Shown in pieces: positions 14,169-26,292 of a stretch of DNA of 64,000 nt. Under the pieces are notes generated by a model. The model was not told where the DNA came from. It saw only the letters and a program-made list of their open reading frames with translations, and made no database searches. The position numbers were made by a program, and so were the translations under genes. Each line of letters starts with the position of its first letter. The stretch's first letter is position 1. Source of the DNA: Lingula anatina (lineage: Eukaryota > Animalia > Brachiopoda); the NCBI GenBank assembly GCA_051362555.1, contig CM120641.1, positions 9,176,001-9,240,000 on the forward strand, read 5' to 3'.

Positions 14169-14665
14169 GGCTCTGTCGACAGGAATTTACTGTGGTAAGA
14201 GTAAATAAGTTGAGGAGATGAGTGGTAAGTGAAAAATTTGAGAGCACTCGCATCATGTTGGATGCTCAGACTGGAAATTTTACACTATTTCAGGCTTTTG
14301 TTTGCATGCGTTTGCACAACATACATTGTCAATATGAGTCCTAACGTAAAGTGTATAATAGACCCTATACAAATTATATACACACACAAAATATTTTTAA
14401 TATCTGACGTATGTCTTCCAAAACATTTACAAATGTCAACAAGAAAAATACGAGATAAATCTTGGCAATTACAAAAAAGTTAATAATCAAAGAAGTGAAA
14501 GCAGCATTTGGATTTCGTTTGGATTTTGATACTAAATTCTGTAGACAAATATGAGTATGATGGTGATAACCTTTGTACGTAAAATCAAAAATCACAGGGC
14601 AGGGGTAAATTAAAAGCAACTTTTATCAACATTTTTTCTAAATGTTTAAAGCACATTAGGCCTAC

Positions 14666-15140
14666 CTGAAAGGTTACCTTGGCCGTGGAACATCGTGCCA
14701 CTACTTTCTTTCTCACAGTCGCTCCAAAAGCGGATATGTGATCCATATAAACACCAGGGAATCCCGTTTCCTTTATGCGCATGCGTTATACTCGTCTTGC
14801 GATTTGTGTTTGCGTACGTGACGCACACGCCTCAGATGTTTCGTGCTGTGTAACGTGTTAAGAAGTGTTACTGACAAGCGGCAAGTAAAGTCTACAAGCT
14901 TTATATTGTGAGTATATTTGAAAATTGTGTATTTTGGAATTGGAATGTTAAACTCTTTGCAGTTTTGCTTCATTTACCCATCAGATTAGACATGAAAAAG
15001 TTATATTAAAAGCCTATATACATGTATAGTCTGCATTGTCACTTGTTAATTGGTACCCTGTATTTGCGATTGTGATACCTTTCCCCTGCTTTCTCGACGC
15101 TTTGGCAATCGTTGCCTTAGTTTTTGCATAGAAGTAGAGG
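14666..15140. promoter_or_regulatory. CpG-rich bidirectional promoter and first exons (CMTR1 on -, Myb/SANT gene and possibly FDXR on +)
   Basis: High CpG density against a depleted background. NRF1-type TGCGCATGCG at ~14776 and ACGTGACG at ~14817. Minus-strand donors at 14677 and 14665; plus-strand donor AG|GTAAG at 15140. Confidence 0.6.
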
Positions 15141-15141
15141 T

Positions 15142-15403
15142 AAGGCCTCAAAACACCCTGCGCTAGGAACTCTCGTGGCTAGATGTCGCGTCACTTACAA
15201 ATGGCGTGCGGAAGAGCTAACACTACAGAATCAATAGCTTAAATAAAAAACAAAAAATATATCAAACTGGTTCACGAACCGATAGAAAACGACTTTATTT
15301 GCTAATGACATGCTTCAGAGTTTCAGGGTACTCACAGACATGAAATAGCCTAGAATTTGGATATTCATAGCCCCGAGAGTTTGTAACACGGTTGTGAGGC
15401 CTT
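15142..15403. mobile_element. Small MITE-like element with degenerate ~40-bp TIRs and possible GGT TSD
   Basis: The left end AAGGCCTCAAAAC...AACTCTCGTGGCTA matches the reverse complement of the right end AAGGCCTCACAAC...AACTCTCGGGGCTA; GGT flanks both sides. Confidence 0.5.
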
Positions 15404-15560
15404 GGTAAGCACCTTGCACATAAAGCCAAAAACTGAGGCAGGCGCAATGTAATAGGTTTGCATAGCCAGAAGTTAAATTAATAGCCTTGAAGACATCTTA
15501 TCTAGCGGTTCTTTTTTGTTTGGAGGGACGATAACAAATTTATCGTCTGTGCACCACGAA

Positions 15561-18500
15561 ATGAAGAAGAGCAGAGCAGAGCGATACAGCAATGCTGAAG
15601 TGGCAGTGTTGGTGGAAGAGGTCTCATGCAGACCTATGCTATTTAGTCCTTTCACCAATGCTGTGACTTCAAAGTCCAAACAAAGGGAATGGACTGAAGT
15701 TGCTGAAAAGTAAGTTCATGTAGAATGTTATTTTCTGAAGTAAATACTGTAATTTGTGTATCAGGTTTTTATTTAAAGTGTCTTCAGTTCAGGATAGTTC
15801 ATATTGGTATAGTGTATGTTATTGTATTTTGAAAGCACTTGTACCATTAAATTACAATATGTTCATTACCTAGATTGCTTGACATGATTCTTATGCTTGT
15901 ATAATATTATTATCATGATTGTTTTCCTCCTAGAGTTAACAGTGTTTCACATATAAAACGGAGTTTTCGCGATGTCAGGAAAAAATGGCATGACTTGACA
16001 AGTCGCACTAAACAGAAAGAGGCGAAACTGCGTGCGGCAATGTGCCAGAAAAGTGGTGTGAGGCCCAGTCGACTGACAGAGTGGGAGGAGAAGGTATTAT
16101 TTTGTGATTGGTGACAATAAATTTTTACATTAAGGCCATGGACAGGGTTAGACAAAATATCCTAAATTACCGTCTTTACATACATGCTTTGGATAATACA
16201 TAAATCTGGAGTGTTCACTGACTAAATTCCTTTTCATTTACATAAATGTCATCCTACCAATGACATATTTGAGAGTTTTTGGTAAAAAAATCTCTTCTTT
16301 ACCTGCATGAGCACCCATGAACATTGTTTTAATGCCAGTTTAGTGACACCCACTGAATGTTTGAAAATCTTAGTTCAAATTTACTAGTAATCGTTAATAA
16401 GGCAAAATAAAGCCTTTTTTCAATGATGCATTGTAATTAGGGGATCATAACTACATAACAAAAAAATTATAAACCAAATTGACGGCACTGAATTGAAGCC
16501 TATACATATAGATATTGTCACCTATGCCAATTTATGTGATATAATGTTTTTATGTACAGACACAGATGTGTCTGTACATATAGCCATCATCTGCGTCTGT
16601 CGTCGCCGTCGCCGCCGTCGCCGTCGCCGTGCACTTTTACCGATAACACGATAAATGGAAAACTGTTTTTTCTTTTGGTATGAAACTTACAGAACTGATG
16701 AATATTCATAATACGCAGGTCAAGTTCGAAAATCAGCATGATCGGGTCACTTTTAGGGAATTTATGCTGTTTTTTCACTTTTTTCAGCATATATGCAGCA
16801 CTGATAACACGATAAGTGGAAAACCATTTTACCTTTTGACTTGAAACTTACAAAACTGATGAATATTCATAATACGCAGGTCAAGTTCGAAAATCAGCAT
16901 GATCGGGTCACTTTTAGGGAATTTATGCTGTTTTTTCACTTTTTTCAGCATATATGCAGCACCGATAACACGATAAGTGAAAAACCATTTTACCTTTTGG
17001 CTTGAAAGTTACAGAACTGATGAATATTCATAATACGCAGGTCAAGTTCGAAAATCAGCATGATCGGGTCATTTTTAGGGAATTTATGCTGTTTTTTCAC
17101 TTTTTTCAGCATATATGCAACCCCGATAACACGATAAGTGGAAAACCATCCTACCTTTTGGCTTGAAACTTACAAAACTGATTAATATTCATAATACACA
17201 GGTCAAGTTCGAAAATCAGCATGATTGGGTCATTTTTAGGGAATTTATGCTGTTTTTTTCACTATTTTTCAGCATATATGCAGCACCGATAACACCATAA
17301 GTGGAAAACCAATTTACCTTTTGGCTTGAAACTTGTAGAACTGATAAATATTCATAATACGCAAGTCAAGTTCGAAAATCAGCATGATTCGATTATTGTT
17401 AGGGAATTTATGCTGTTTTTTCACTTTTTTCAGCATATATGCAGCACTGATAACACAATAAGTGGAAAACTGTTTTTTCATTTGGCTTGAAACTTACAGA
17501 ACTAATGAATATTCATAATACGCAGGTCAAGTTTGAAAATCAGCAAGATCGGGCAATTTTTATGGAAGTTTTCTTTTTTTTTTTTTTTTTTTAAAATTTT
17601 TTCAGCACTTTTATAACACCGATAACATGATAAGTGTAAAAATGTTTTTCCTTTCCTTGGATTGAAATTTACAGAACTGGTGAATATTTATTATACGCAG
17701 GTCAAGTTTGAAAATTGGCATGATTGGACTATTTTTACTAAAGTAATGCTGTTTTTTTCCCTTTATTCAGCATACATGCAACACTGATAACGCATTTTAA
17801 GGAAAACCAATCAGCCTTTTGTCTTGCAACTCACAGGAGTGATCAATCTGACCAGTATACAGATCAAGTTTGAAAATAAGCTTGATCAGTTAAGTTTTGA
17901 TGAAGTTATTAGCCTTTTTGTATATAAGTGGTTTTTCTTCAGATTTAATTCTTAAGCATGTTAACAGTCTCATAACGGTACTAATTGGATATGTTAAAGT
18001 GTTGTTTTAACATTTTCTGCTTCTTAACAATATTGTTAGTTGATTATATAAAAATGACGGTAAACCTATTATCCTGCATTGTGTAATAAAGTATCAAAAA
18101 TGGAAAGGAACTCATCATTGCAGTTCGTCAGATTCAATCATTCACTATGTTCAGAATCTCCAAATGGAGCTAATTGGACATTATAAATTGTTCTATTGAT
18201 ATTTTTCCTATGTCAACAATTTTCCTAGTTGATCATTTAAAAATGACAGTTAATTGATGATGGTTTTATGTAAAAAAGGTGTTGAAAATGGAAAGAAAAT
18301 CATTTCAGTACAGTTATCTCTTGTTAACATTTTGGCATTTTGAAAGTGTGACCCTAACTTCCATGTCCCTGGAGACCTTTCCATATCACATTTTCTGAAT
18401 ATCCATGATACTTTTATTTTTTTATAAAAAATTTGATGGTCATTTTGCTGTTAAGTATTATGTTATATTGCATGAAAGTTAAAGAAAACCCTATTTTGGA

Positions 18501-20415
18501 CACTGCTGCCAGGATAGCGATTAAGGGAAAACCATGTTACTTATGATAATCAACCTTACTGAAAAGAGTGAAGTGCAGCTTGTGTTGGAAAACCATCATA
18601 ATTGTTTTCTGTTTTGAAAGCAATGCAGTACAGTGCTATTTGGTGCAATAAATGTATATGGATAGTAGGCAGTTAATTCAGGGTTATAAAATAATTTGCT
18701 TAATTGATTTTCAAGTTATTTCAGGGTTATAAAATAATTTGCTTAATTAATTTTCAAGTGGGTATTAAATGAGATTACATAAAAACACATTGAGATTTCA
18801 TTGTAAAGTCCCATCGGTTTAGCTTTCTTAACTGTGTCACATAATTAGGAATCGATGATTATTATGCAGGTAAATGTTATTTAATATGGAAAATAAGTTT
18901 ACAAAAAAAAATTTGTGTAACGCTTACATTAATGCTAAAGATGAATAACAGTGCCTTATTATTCTCAAACTCAATAGGGTTATTCATATCATGTTAGTAA
19001 TTGTACAGCTAGATTAAAAGTTTGAATAGCAGCTTTATTGGTATTTTTTGTTATGTTTTATTTTACATTTTCTTTTAATTTTTTTATGCTGTTTTTTCAC
19101 TTTTTTCAACATATATGCAACATTAATAACACAATATAAGAAAAACAGCTTAGCCAATTGTCATTATACTCACAGGAGTGGTCAATCTTACAAAAATGCA
19201 GGTTGAGTTCGAAAATCAGTGTTATCGGGCCATTATTTTAGAAGTTGTACTGTTTTTTCAAATTTCCTCAGATTCAATTCTTAGGCATGTTAACAGTCTC
19301 ATTATTGAACTAATAAGATACGTAAAAGTGTGTGTTTGATATTTCCTGCATCTTTACAACATTGTTAGTTGATTATGTAAAAATGATGGTAAACTTGTTA
19401 TCATGTATTGTGTAATCAAGTGTCCAAAACGGAAATAAACTCATATCATTGCAGTTTGTCAGATTCAATCATCCACATCTGCCATGATGACCATGATGGG
19501 AAAACCGTGTTCGTTATGATTGTCAAACTTTCAAAAAAGAAACACAGGACTAAAATGCAGCCCAAGTTGGAAAAGCAGTCTAATGGGCTTCTTTTTCTGG
19601 AAGTTATTCATTTTAGTGAAATATTCATTATCTTTTTGGCATATTCATTGTGGGACTTGGAGCTCCCATGGACATGAAGCCGGATGGTAATCAAATTTTC
19701 TACATGTTCATGCTATTTATAGTCAATAATCAAAAATTGGTGATAATTATTCTATAATTTATTATGTAATGTTACATCAAAATTGACAATAATCTTTTTG
19801 CACTGCTACTGCAAACATTATGAAAAGAAAACTGTGTTATTTATTATTATATTTAACTTAAGAGTATGATTTTTAGGATTGGCATGCAGTTCAAATTAGA
19901 AAGCCAGGTCAATTGGGTTATCATTTATTATTGAATTTAATGCAATTTTGTGTGAAATTTCATTTTTCTCATTCTGGCACTTTCTAAGTATAAACTTGAA
20001 CTCTGATGGGCCTGAAGCCTTATGCTTTTACTCTCATCGGTGTTACCTGTTGTGCAGAATTAAAATTTGATGTTGACTGTGCAGTTAAACATAATGTATT
20101 ATTGCATCAGAAGTGGTAGTCTCCTATTTTGTGCATTATTGTTTTGTGCTCTTCTTAAGTTGTGACTTATGGGCCTGAAAGACCTTTGAGAGGGTCAGTC
20201 TATAAATTTCCCTTGGGTATCACTTCGCTAATTTCAGTTATAAAGTAATTTGCCTAATTGATAGGCTACATAAAGCACACTTGTGATTTGAGATTACATA
20301 AAGCACACTTGTTGATATTTCCCTGTAAACTCCCATAGGTTAAGCTCTCTGCTAGATTAATAATAAGGAAGCAGTGATAATTATGCAGGTAAATTTTGTT
20401 TAATATTGCAAATAA

Positions 20416-20460
<45 letters not shown>

Positions 20461-23400
20461 AACTGAAAGATTAAAAGTTTGAATAGCAGCTTCATTGGAA
20501 TTATATTTACCTCTGCCAAGGAGGTTATATTTTCACCCCTGTTTGTCATCAACATAACTCAAAAAGTTATGGACCGATTTTGCTGAAATTTTCAGGAACT
20601 GTCAGAAGTGGGCCAAAGAGGACAAAAATCAATAATAATCAACAATTGCTACCTTGGCAGAGGTCTGCACTCTCGGAGTGCTTTTCTAGTTTTGTTGTTT
20701 TCCTTTATAATTTTTTCTCAAACACTTGCATTTGTGACTTTAAACTCTCATCCGCCTGAGACTCTGACATTTCTGTTTTTCCACATAAGCAGTTGTATTG
20801 TTTTTTATGTCTTTAAACATTATGTTACTTATGTAATATTATTTTATGCACTGTCATCATTTTTCAAATATTGAGACTTACATCATGTGAATTTGAACTC
20901 TCATGGTCCTGAAACTGTAATCTTATTGAAAGGGTAGATTGAGACCATCTTCTGGGACTTCCGGAAGACAGTCAGGTTATTAAGTTTATATTGCCTGGTA
21001 TCTATTTTTTCTTCTGTTGGAAGACCATCAAAATGGAGGATGGATCAAAATAGATACTTTGGAATACTGTCAGAAAATATCTCTGGGTCCGCTCATGTTA
21101 TTGACCATTTTACCTGTTGTGCATGATTAAAATTCAGTGTTGACTGACAGTGCTATTATAAGCATTATTTATTATTGCATCAAAATTGACAAAATGACCT
21201 ATTTTGCATCTTTATTTTCTGTTTTTTGTCTGTACATTTGACAGCTTTGCTGCCTTGTTTAAGTTAGGTCCCATACTGACTGCTATATCACCTCATAAAA
21301 TTGACGATAAAGGCTCATGTGCTTTTGCTTAGCAACAGGAAATACAAACGCTGATATTTTATATTTCGAAGGGATTTTTATTGTTTTTAATCAGCAAACA
21401 TTATTGGATGGTTACATTCATAAAAACTCATTTTTGGTGTTTTGATAACCATAAATCTAGTTTATAATAGTATTTGTCATTTGCCTAATTTTCTCGTATT
21501 ATAAAAAATTATCTTGTGACTTATGAGTTGGATAAATGAAAAGAATACAAAGAAATTATAGAAACATAACACATTTTTATATAACTTAAAATCTGCACAT
21601 TGCTTGTTTATAAATTGTAATATATACCTCATTATAATGGATCTTTTCAAACCTGATTCGTTCTCACCTCCCTGGGGAGAATATACACTCTGAATGCAGG
21701 GTCCCCTGGTAGTCTGTTGTAAAATTATTGAACCGAACACCATGGGGTATGATACAATCAAAACCTTCTTCACCATATGACCAGGTCTTTCTCCATACTT
21801 CAACATCTTTACACTGAGTGCTTAAAGAGAAAACAGCAGATACCATTTAAAAAAATGGTATTTATTATGACCTGGCCATGGGGATTGAACCAATGGCTTC
21901 AAGCACTTAAGGCAAGCATTCTACCATTTGTGTCATCTTGTCCAGTTAATATTGTTGTAAATTCAATTAGTTGAAGAACCTCAAGCTAAGTAAATAACAG
22001 TACATTGAATTATAATTTCAGGTCATTGAAGTAATTGGAAAGACTGCATTGAAGGGGATTACAAAATTAGTAGGAAGTGACAGCTGGTCACCTGCAAGTA
22101 AGAAATTTAATTAATATATTTTGTGATCTTATACAGGTCAACTAATATAATTACAGTGTATGAATTTCATGTACAGTTTAGAATTGTGATAAATGCTATG
22201 GAAAAAATGTTACCAAGTTATTCAACATTTCAGTTGACTTAAAACGGTTGAATTTACTTGAAATGTCATAGAGCGCATTCAGAACAGATGATCCACCGAC
22301 TAATTTAAATATAGCTGACCCCACTTAAAAGTGATGCTGCTAATTCCCTGATGGCCTCTCTGCCTCCACATGCACTGTCCCTGCAGGGGCCTAGCAATTA
22401 AACCTCAGAGATTTAATCCATTTAATGACATGTGAGGAGTTTGGGAGACCATCAGGGAATAAGCTGCATTGCTATTAAGTAGGTCAGCCATATTTAGTCC
22501 GTGGGTCTGTTAGTCTGCAGATCAACTTGTTCTGAATGTGCTCATATATTGTAATTTAGGTCAGGGTGGTCCCCCTTGTCTGCCTAGTGTCTGTTTAGCA
22601 TCCAATGAACATCCTACATGCAGTTATGCAGGTAATAATAATATAGATATACTCTTTAAATTCATGCTTTTCATATATATAAATCTATATATATTTATCG
22701 GTAACCATCCATTTCTAGCTGATTTATTATTATTATTATTATTTTTAATTTATCTTGTAGGATACAAGAAGCAATTTTTTTCAATAATGATTTAATGGAC
22801 TTTTCTTAGTAAGGGAAGAAATAACTTTTCCGTATATCAAATTGTTTAAATCTGTCTAGTTTAATATGTAATTTATGTTAACATGTTATTTGTATTTCAT
22901 TTTAATTTAATGTAGTTGTAGTAATAAGTTAATGTATTTGTACTTATCTAGAGGAAAGTAATTCAGAATACAGCTGTATGAGTACTGGCAATGAAGAGGT
23001 CCCAGCTGCAAGCACTAGTCATGAAACGGCATTAACAATAGGTGTTTATTGCATATATTTTCCAATTCATCTGCTTTAAAGTTACAGCTAAAAATTGTGA
23101 ATTGTCATATTGAGAGATGAATTTAAAAAAATGCAATCTGTAATGCATATATTATATTTGTTGACATCATGTACAAAAAACATGTAAATGCATGCAACTC
23201 CTTTGAAATAAATTTATAAGTCTGTGGATTATTTTTCAAGCTGTACATGAGGCAAGGCATGATAAATTCATAAGAGCCCACTTAATAGTGTAATAATTAG
23301 TTATATATTTAATTATTAATTCTGTATTTTGTCAAATTCCAGGTGCCAGCAAAAGAATTTATGAGGTAGAAAAAGAGAGGTTGCAAGTGGAAAAAGAGAG

Positions 23401-23542
23401 GCTGGCAGTGGAGAGAGAACGTCTTAAGTTGGAGAGGGAAAGATTAGAAATTGACAAAAAGAAGGATATTTTATTTGAAAAAATGAAGGAATATTATGAG
23501 GCAAAGTTGGAGATGAAGAAGAAAATTATTCAAGAACTTTAG
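15561..23542 (+). CDS. Myb/SANT-like (trihelix) DNA-binding protein with C-terminal coiled coil, MSANTD4-like / Harbinger-derived
   Basis: Exons 15561-15709, 15934-16093, 22022-22097, 22560-22630, 22952-23041 and 23343-23542 join in frame: MKKSRAERYSNAEVAVLVEEV...KQREWTEVAEKVNSVS...RSFRDVRKKWHDLTSRTKQK...LTEWEEKVIEVIG...EKERLQVEKERLAVERERLKLERERLEIDK...IIQEL*. The Trp spacing fits Myb_DNA-bind_5 and the EKERL heptads resemble MSANTD4. The middle exons are less certain. Confidence 0.8.
16640..17910 (+). repeat. Tandem satellite, ~161-bp unit, ~8 copies decaying rightwards
   Basis: The GATAACACGATAA anchor recurs at 16642, 16803, 16964, 17125, 17288, 17449, 17621 and 17786; the core TACGCAGGTCAAGTTCGAAAATCAGCATGATCGGGTCA is conserved. 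Confidence 0.95.
20506..20690 (+). mobile_element. Short HINE/Helitron-N-type element nested in the larger element
   Basis: 5' ACCTCTGCCAAGGAGGT, 3' subTIR CCTTGGCAGAGGT, hairpin GCACTC-TCG-GAGTGC and terminal CTAGT in a T-rich site. Confidence 0.8.
21620..21936 (-). mobile_element. tRNA-derived SINE (Meta/MESC-like central domain)
   Basis: The minus strand shows an A-box-like TGGTAGAATGC and B-box GGTTCAATCCC, followed by AATGGTATCTGCTGTTTTCTC..AAGCACTCAG and the 3' motif CTCCCCAGGGAG. Confidence 0.65.
22271..22543. mobile_element. PIF/Harbinger-like foldback MITE
   Basis: TIRs GAGCGCATTCAGAACA / TGTTCTGAATGTGCTC, further internal inverted blocks (AAATATAGCTGACC/GGTCAGCCATATTT; ATTCCCTGATGG/CCATCAGGGAAT), and a 3-bp ATA TSD. 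Confidence 0.85.
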
Positions 23543-25587
23543 GACTCCTGCCCATAGTACCCATATTACATGTACATGTACTGTACAGTGTTTACATTGT
23601 AGTATTAGTACCCATGGTATGTTACAAAAATGTAATAAATATAATATCCTTAGTTACAAATAACTTAATATTTCCTTTCTCATTTGAAAAACTTGAAGTA
23701 CATTAGCATTAGAAATTAAAAAGGGTGTTATCTGAGGCCATTCATCTTATAAAACATTCTTTAGTAGGATTGACCAATGGTAAATATTTCATTCTTATAT
23801 CTAATAAGCTGTATAAGTCAAAAAGTGATATTTGTCTTCAACATCATAAATATTTTACATTGTTTCAAGGCCAATTTAGTGACACCATTGAATACTTCAA
23901 CACCAGTAGCCTTAAGAAGTTTATACTTGCCTCTTTAGCTTTAACTTAATAGTAAACAGTACTTAATTTGCGTGGTTGATTTAATGTTGAGTAGTGTAAC
24001 CTCCTACAAGGAAGGCCCTGAAATGTCTTCCTAAATGTTCATATACAGGTACAGCTTTTAATATTTAGACAAAGTTGGATTAAGTAATAAGTAAGTCTCC
24101 AGTAGAAACTTTAAAGCGAGTGTATCCAATTTTGCATCATTCATTTTTATCAGCAAACCTACTGAGGTGATCCATAGCTAGCTAGGTTATGCACATTATT
24201 TTTATTGGACTATTTTTCTTTAAGTTATGTAGTTTTTGTGAATTGTTCATTTTTCACACATTGACATTTTCAAGGTGTGAGATTGAACATGATCATAAAG
24301 CCATGGGCCAGTTTAATTACCTACTATCTACATTAATTGTAGGGCCTAAACAAAAATCAGATTATGATGTTAATCATTGTCTGATATCAACTCAAAATTG
24401 ACAAAATTTATTTTTTGCACTGTTATCTTTATTTTCTGTCTTTGGTTTATATATATATATATATATTATTTCATGGCTAATGTACATATTGTGTGTAATA
24501 TAATAAATATAACTTTATAAAATATAAATTAGTGTTTTATTTTGACAAAATGATAAACTATCTTCATTATGTGATGAGTGAAGGAAAACTTAATTATAAA
24601 GTTTTAATCATATGAAAGAAATGCCAGGACAAAACCAAAAGGTGTATGAAACAGAGATTGTAATCTTTTCATCAGAGATACTGTGTAGTACTGCATGAAA
24701 TGAGAGAATATGGTCCATGTGTTAAACCAAGGACGACCCTGATATACATGTATATATGGCATAGAACTTTTTCTTAACTCTTCTAAACATATCCATCTTG
24801 GCTGATGCTCAAGCAAGAAACGGGAAAGTAGGAGACGTTGCCTTTTTAGACACCTGGAACCTTGTTATCTTTTCTAATGAAGTCCATGAATTAAGTGATA
24901 AGCCCCACCAAATAAAAGGTTTTCTGAAGCATATCTGAACATCCTCGTATCTCACGACTTCATGCTAGAAATAAAATTGTCAGTATTATACATGATAGAA
25001 AGACCACGATACAAAACTGGGCCATTATTTGCAAAAGTTCCCATTTTCACTTTTTCCATAATCTGTTGAAAGTGAGAAGTTATTCTGTCAAAAGTGTACA
25101 TAGAAACTACATGTACCTGTAGGATCCAAGAAAGATGAATATAAAACCTCCAACTCCAGAGCCGATTACATGCTCAGTGCAAACCATTCAGCTCATATCC
25201 CTAGTGTTTTCAATATGATCCAGCAGCTTGAGATAAATGGTGATTGTTCATCCAACTCAACACAAGCAAAACACTTAATTGTGATTTATTTTATGAATAA
25301 GCTGAGATTGCTTGTATCATTCACAATGGCGAGGATCCATTGATGAAAAATCACTAAACAAAGGTGAAAAACCTTTGTTGATCAACTACCCCCATTCATC
25401 CAATTTAACACAAGCAAGATATCTGAAATCAAGCTTAGCATGATACAAATAAATCTTTGACAATAGCAAGATGCCATTGATGAAAAATCACCAAACAATG
25501 GTGAGACACCATTGTTGACCGACTTCTTCTATTGCCCCCCCCCCCCCCCAACTTTTTTATTTTTTCATTTATTTCTATTGGACTTGC

Positions 25588-26030
25588 AGCTTGTACCACA
25601 GTAGTAAGAAGCTTTGAAAGGTTAATCACTTTTCTGTAGTCTTATGGTGCTGACAAGGAAAAAGTCTTGGGAATTAAAGGCAAGGTAGGTAGAAGAGATG
25701 GCACTGCTGCTTTATATTCATATACATGATTCTTCATTAATTAGAACATATTTGATTGATGATATTTTCCAAATCTTTGTTTTGCTAGTCATACATGTAA
25801 AGTTTGTATAAAAAGTTAAAAAAGGTGACTTGGGCACAGCTGATAAGTATGTTGTTTGATTAACAAAAAATTGATGATAAATTCTGAAATCAGAAATATT
25901 GAGCCTTTGAATTGGTTAATAAACAGTTTAACAAACATCTATTATGCTTTATGCCAGTTTTGTTTTATTTCGTAGAATTATTTTGCTTTTACTATATAAT
26001 TTTAAAAAGATTGGAAAGGTCAGTCAGAAA
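25588..26030 (+). pseudogene. Duplicated fragment of FDXR (coding exon 4 plus flanking introns) upstream of the FDXR start
   Basis: Aligns by eye with ~27682-28135. The exon copy 25640-25684 reads SYGADKEKVLGIKGK versus [15 protein letters not shown] and keeps the AG and GTAGGT sites. Confidence 0.85.
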
Positions 26031-26292
26031 TCTGTGTACTGAATACATTTTAAGAGCTACCTTCAACTCACCCTCACTCCTGCAAGGTGCACTGTCAAAA
26101 CACACGTCCTCCATTTCTGAATTGTGTTATTTTGATGAAGTGGATTTTACATAGCTATATAGGGCATTAGCCAACCACCTCCCTACATGTCTCATATTGT
26201 TTTATCTTTTATCCTAGATAGAAAGAATACTGTGATGCAGATCCACTTTTAATCAAGTAGCCACATTTTCTTCTTATAATTTTCAGATTTCC

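Larger units (their letters stand above)
16548..21260 (+). mobile_element. Large Helentron-associated (HINE/DINE-like) non-autonomous element carrying a satellite array
   Basis: The 5' module is a T-tract, subTIR TGTACAGACACA with an immediate inverted copy TGTGTCTGTACA, and a (CGTCGC)n microsatellite. Central tandem repeats follow. The 3' module is TGTCTGTACA (~21227) plus a short hairpin GACAGC-TTT-GCTGCC and TTGTTT. Confidence 0.65.

Noticed and set aside
16640-17910. CRISPR-like array
   Set aside because: Eukaryotic context; the units repeat along their full 161-bp length with no unique spacers, so this is a satellite.
22761-22808. Extra exon of the Myb/SANT gene
   Set aside because: It has AG and GTAAG sites, but its phase does not fit the neighbouring exons (in-frame stop); the flanking exons join cleanly without it.
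24600-25240. Possible convergent Harbinger transposase or antisense gene (minus-strand acceptor ~24965, donor ~25116, 70-aa ORF)
   Set aside because: No HARBI1/DDE motifs (IDGTH, PGSxHD, GDSGY) in the frames I read, and splicing the pieces gives an early stop. At most an unsupported lncRNA.
25245-25530. ~140-bp degenerate tandem duplication
   Set aside because: Real but unremarkable; no coding or structural signal.
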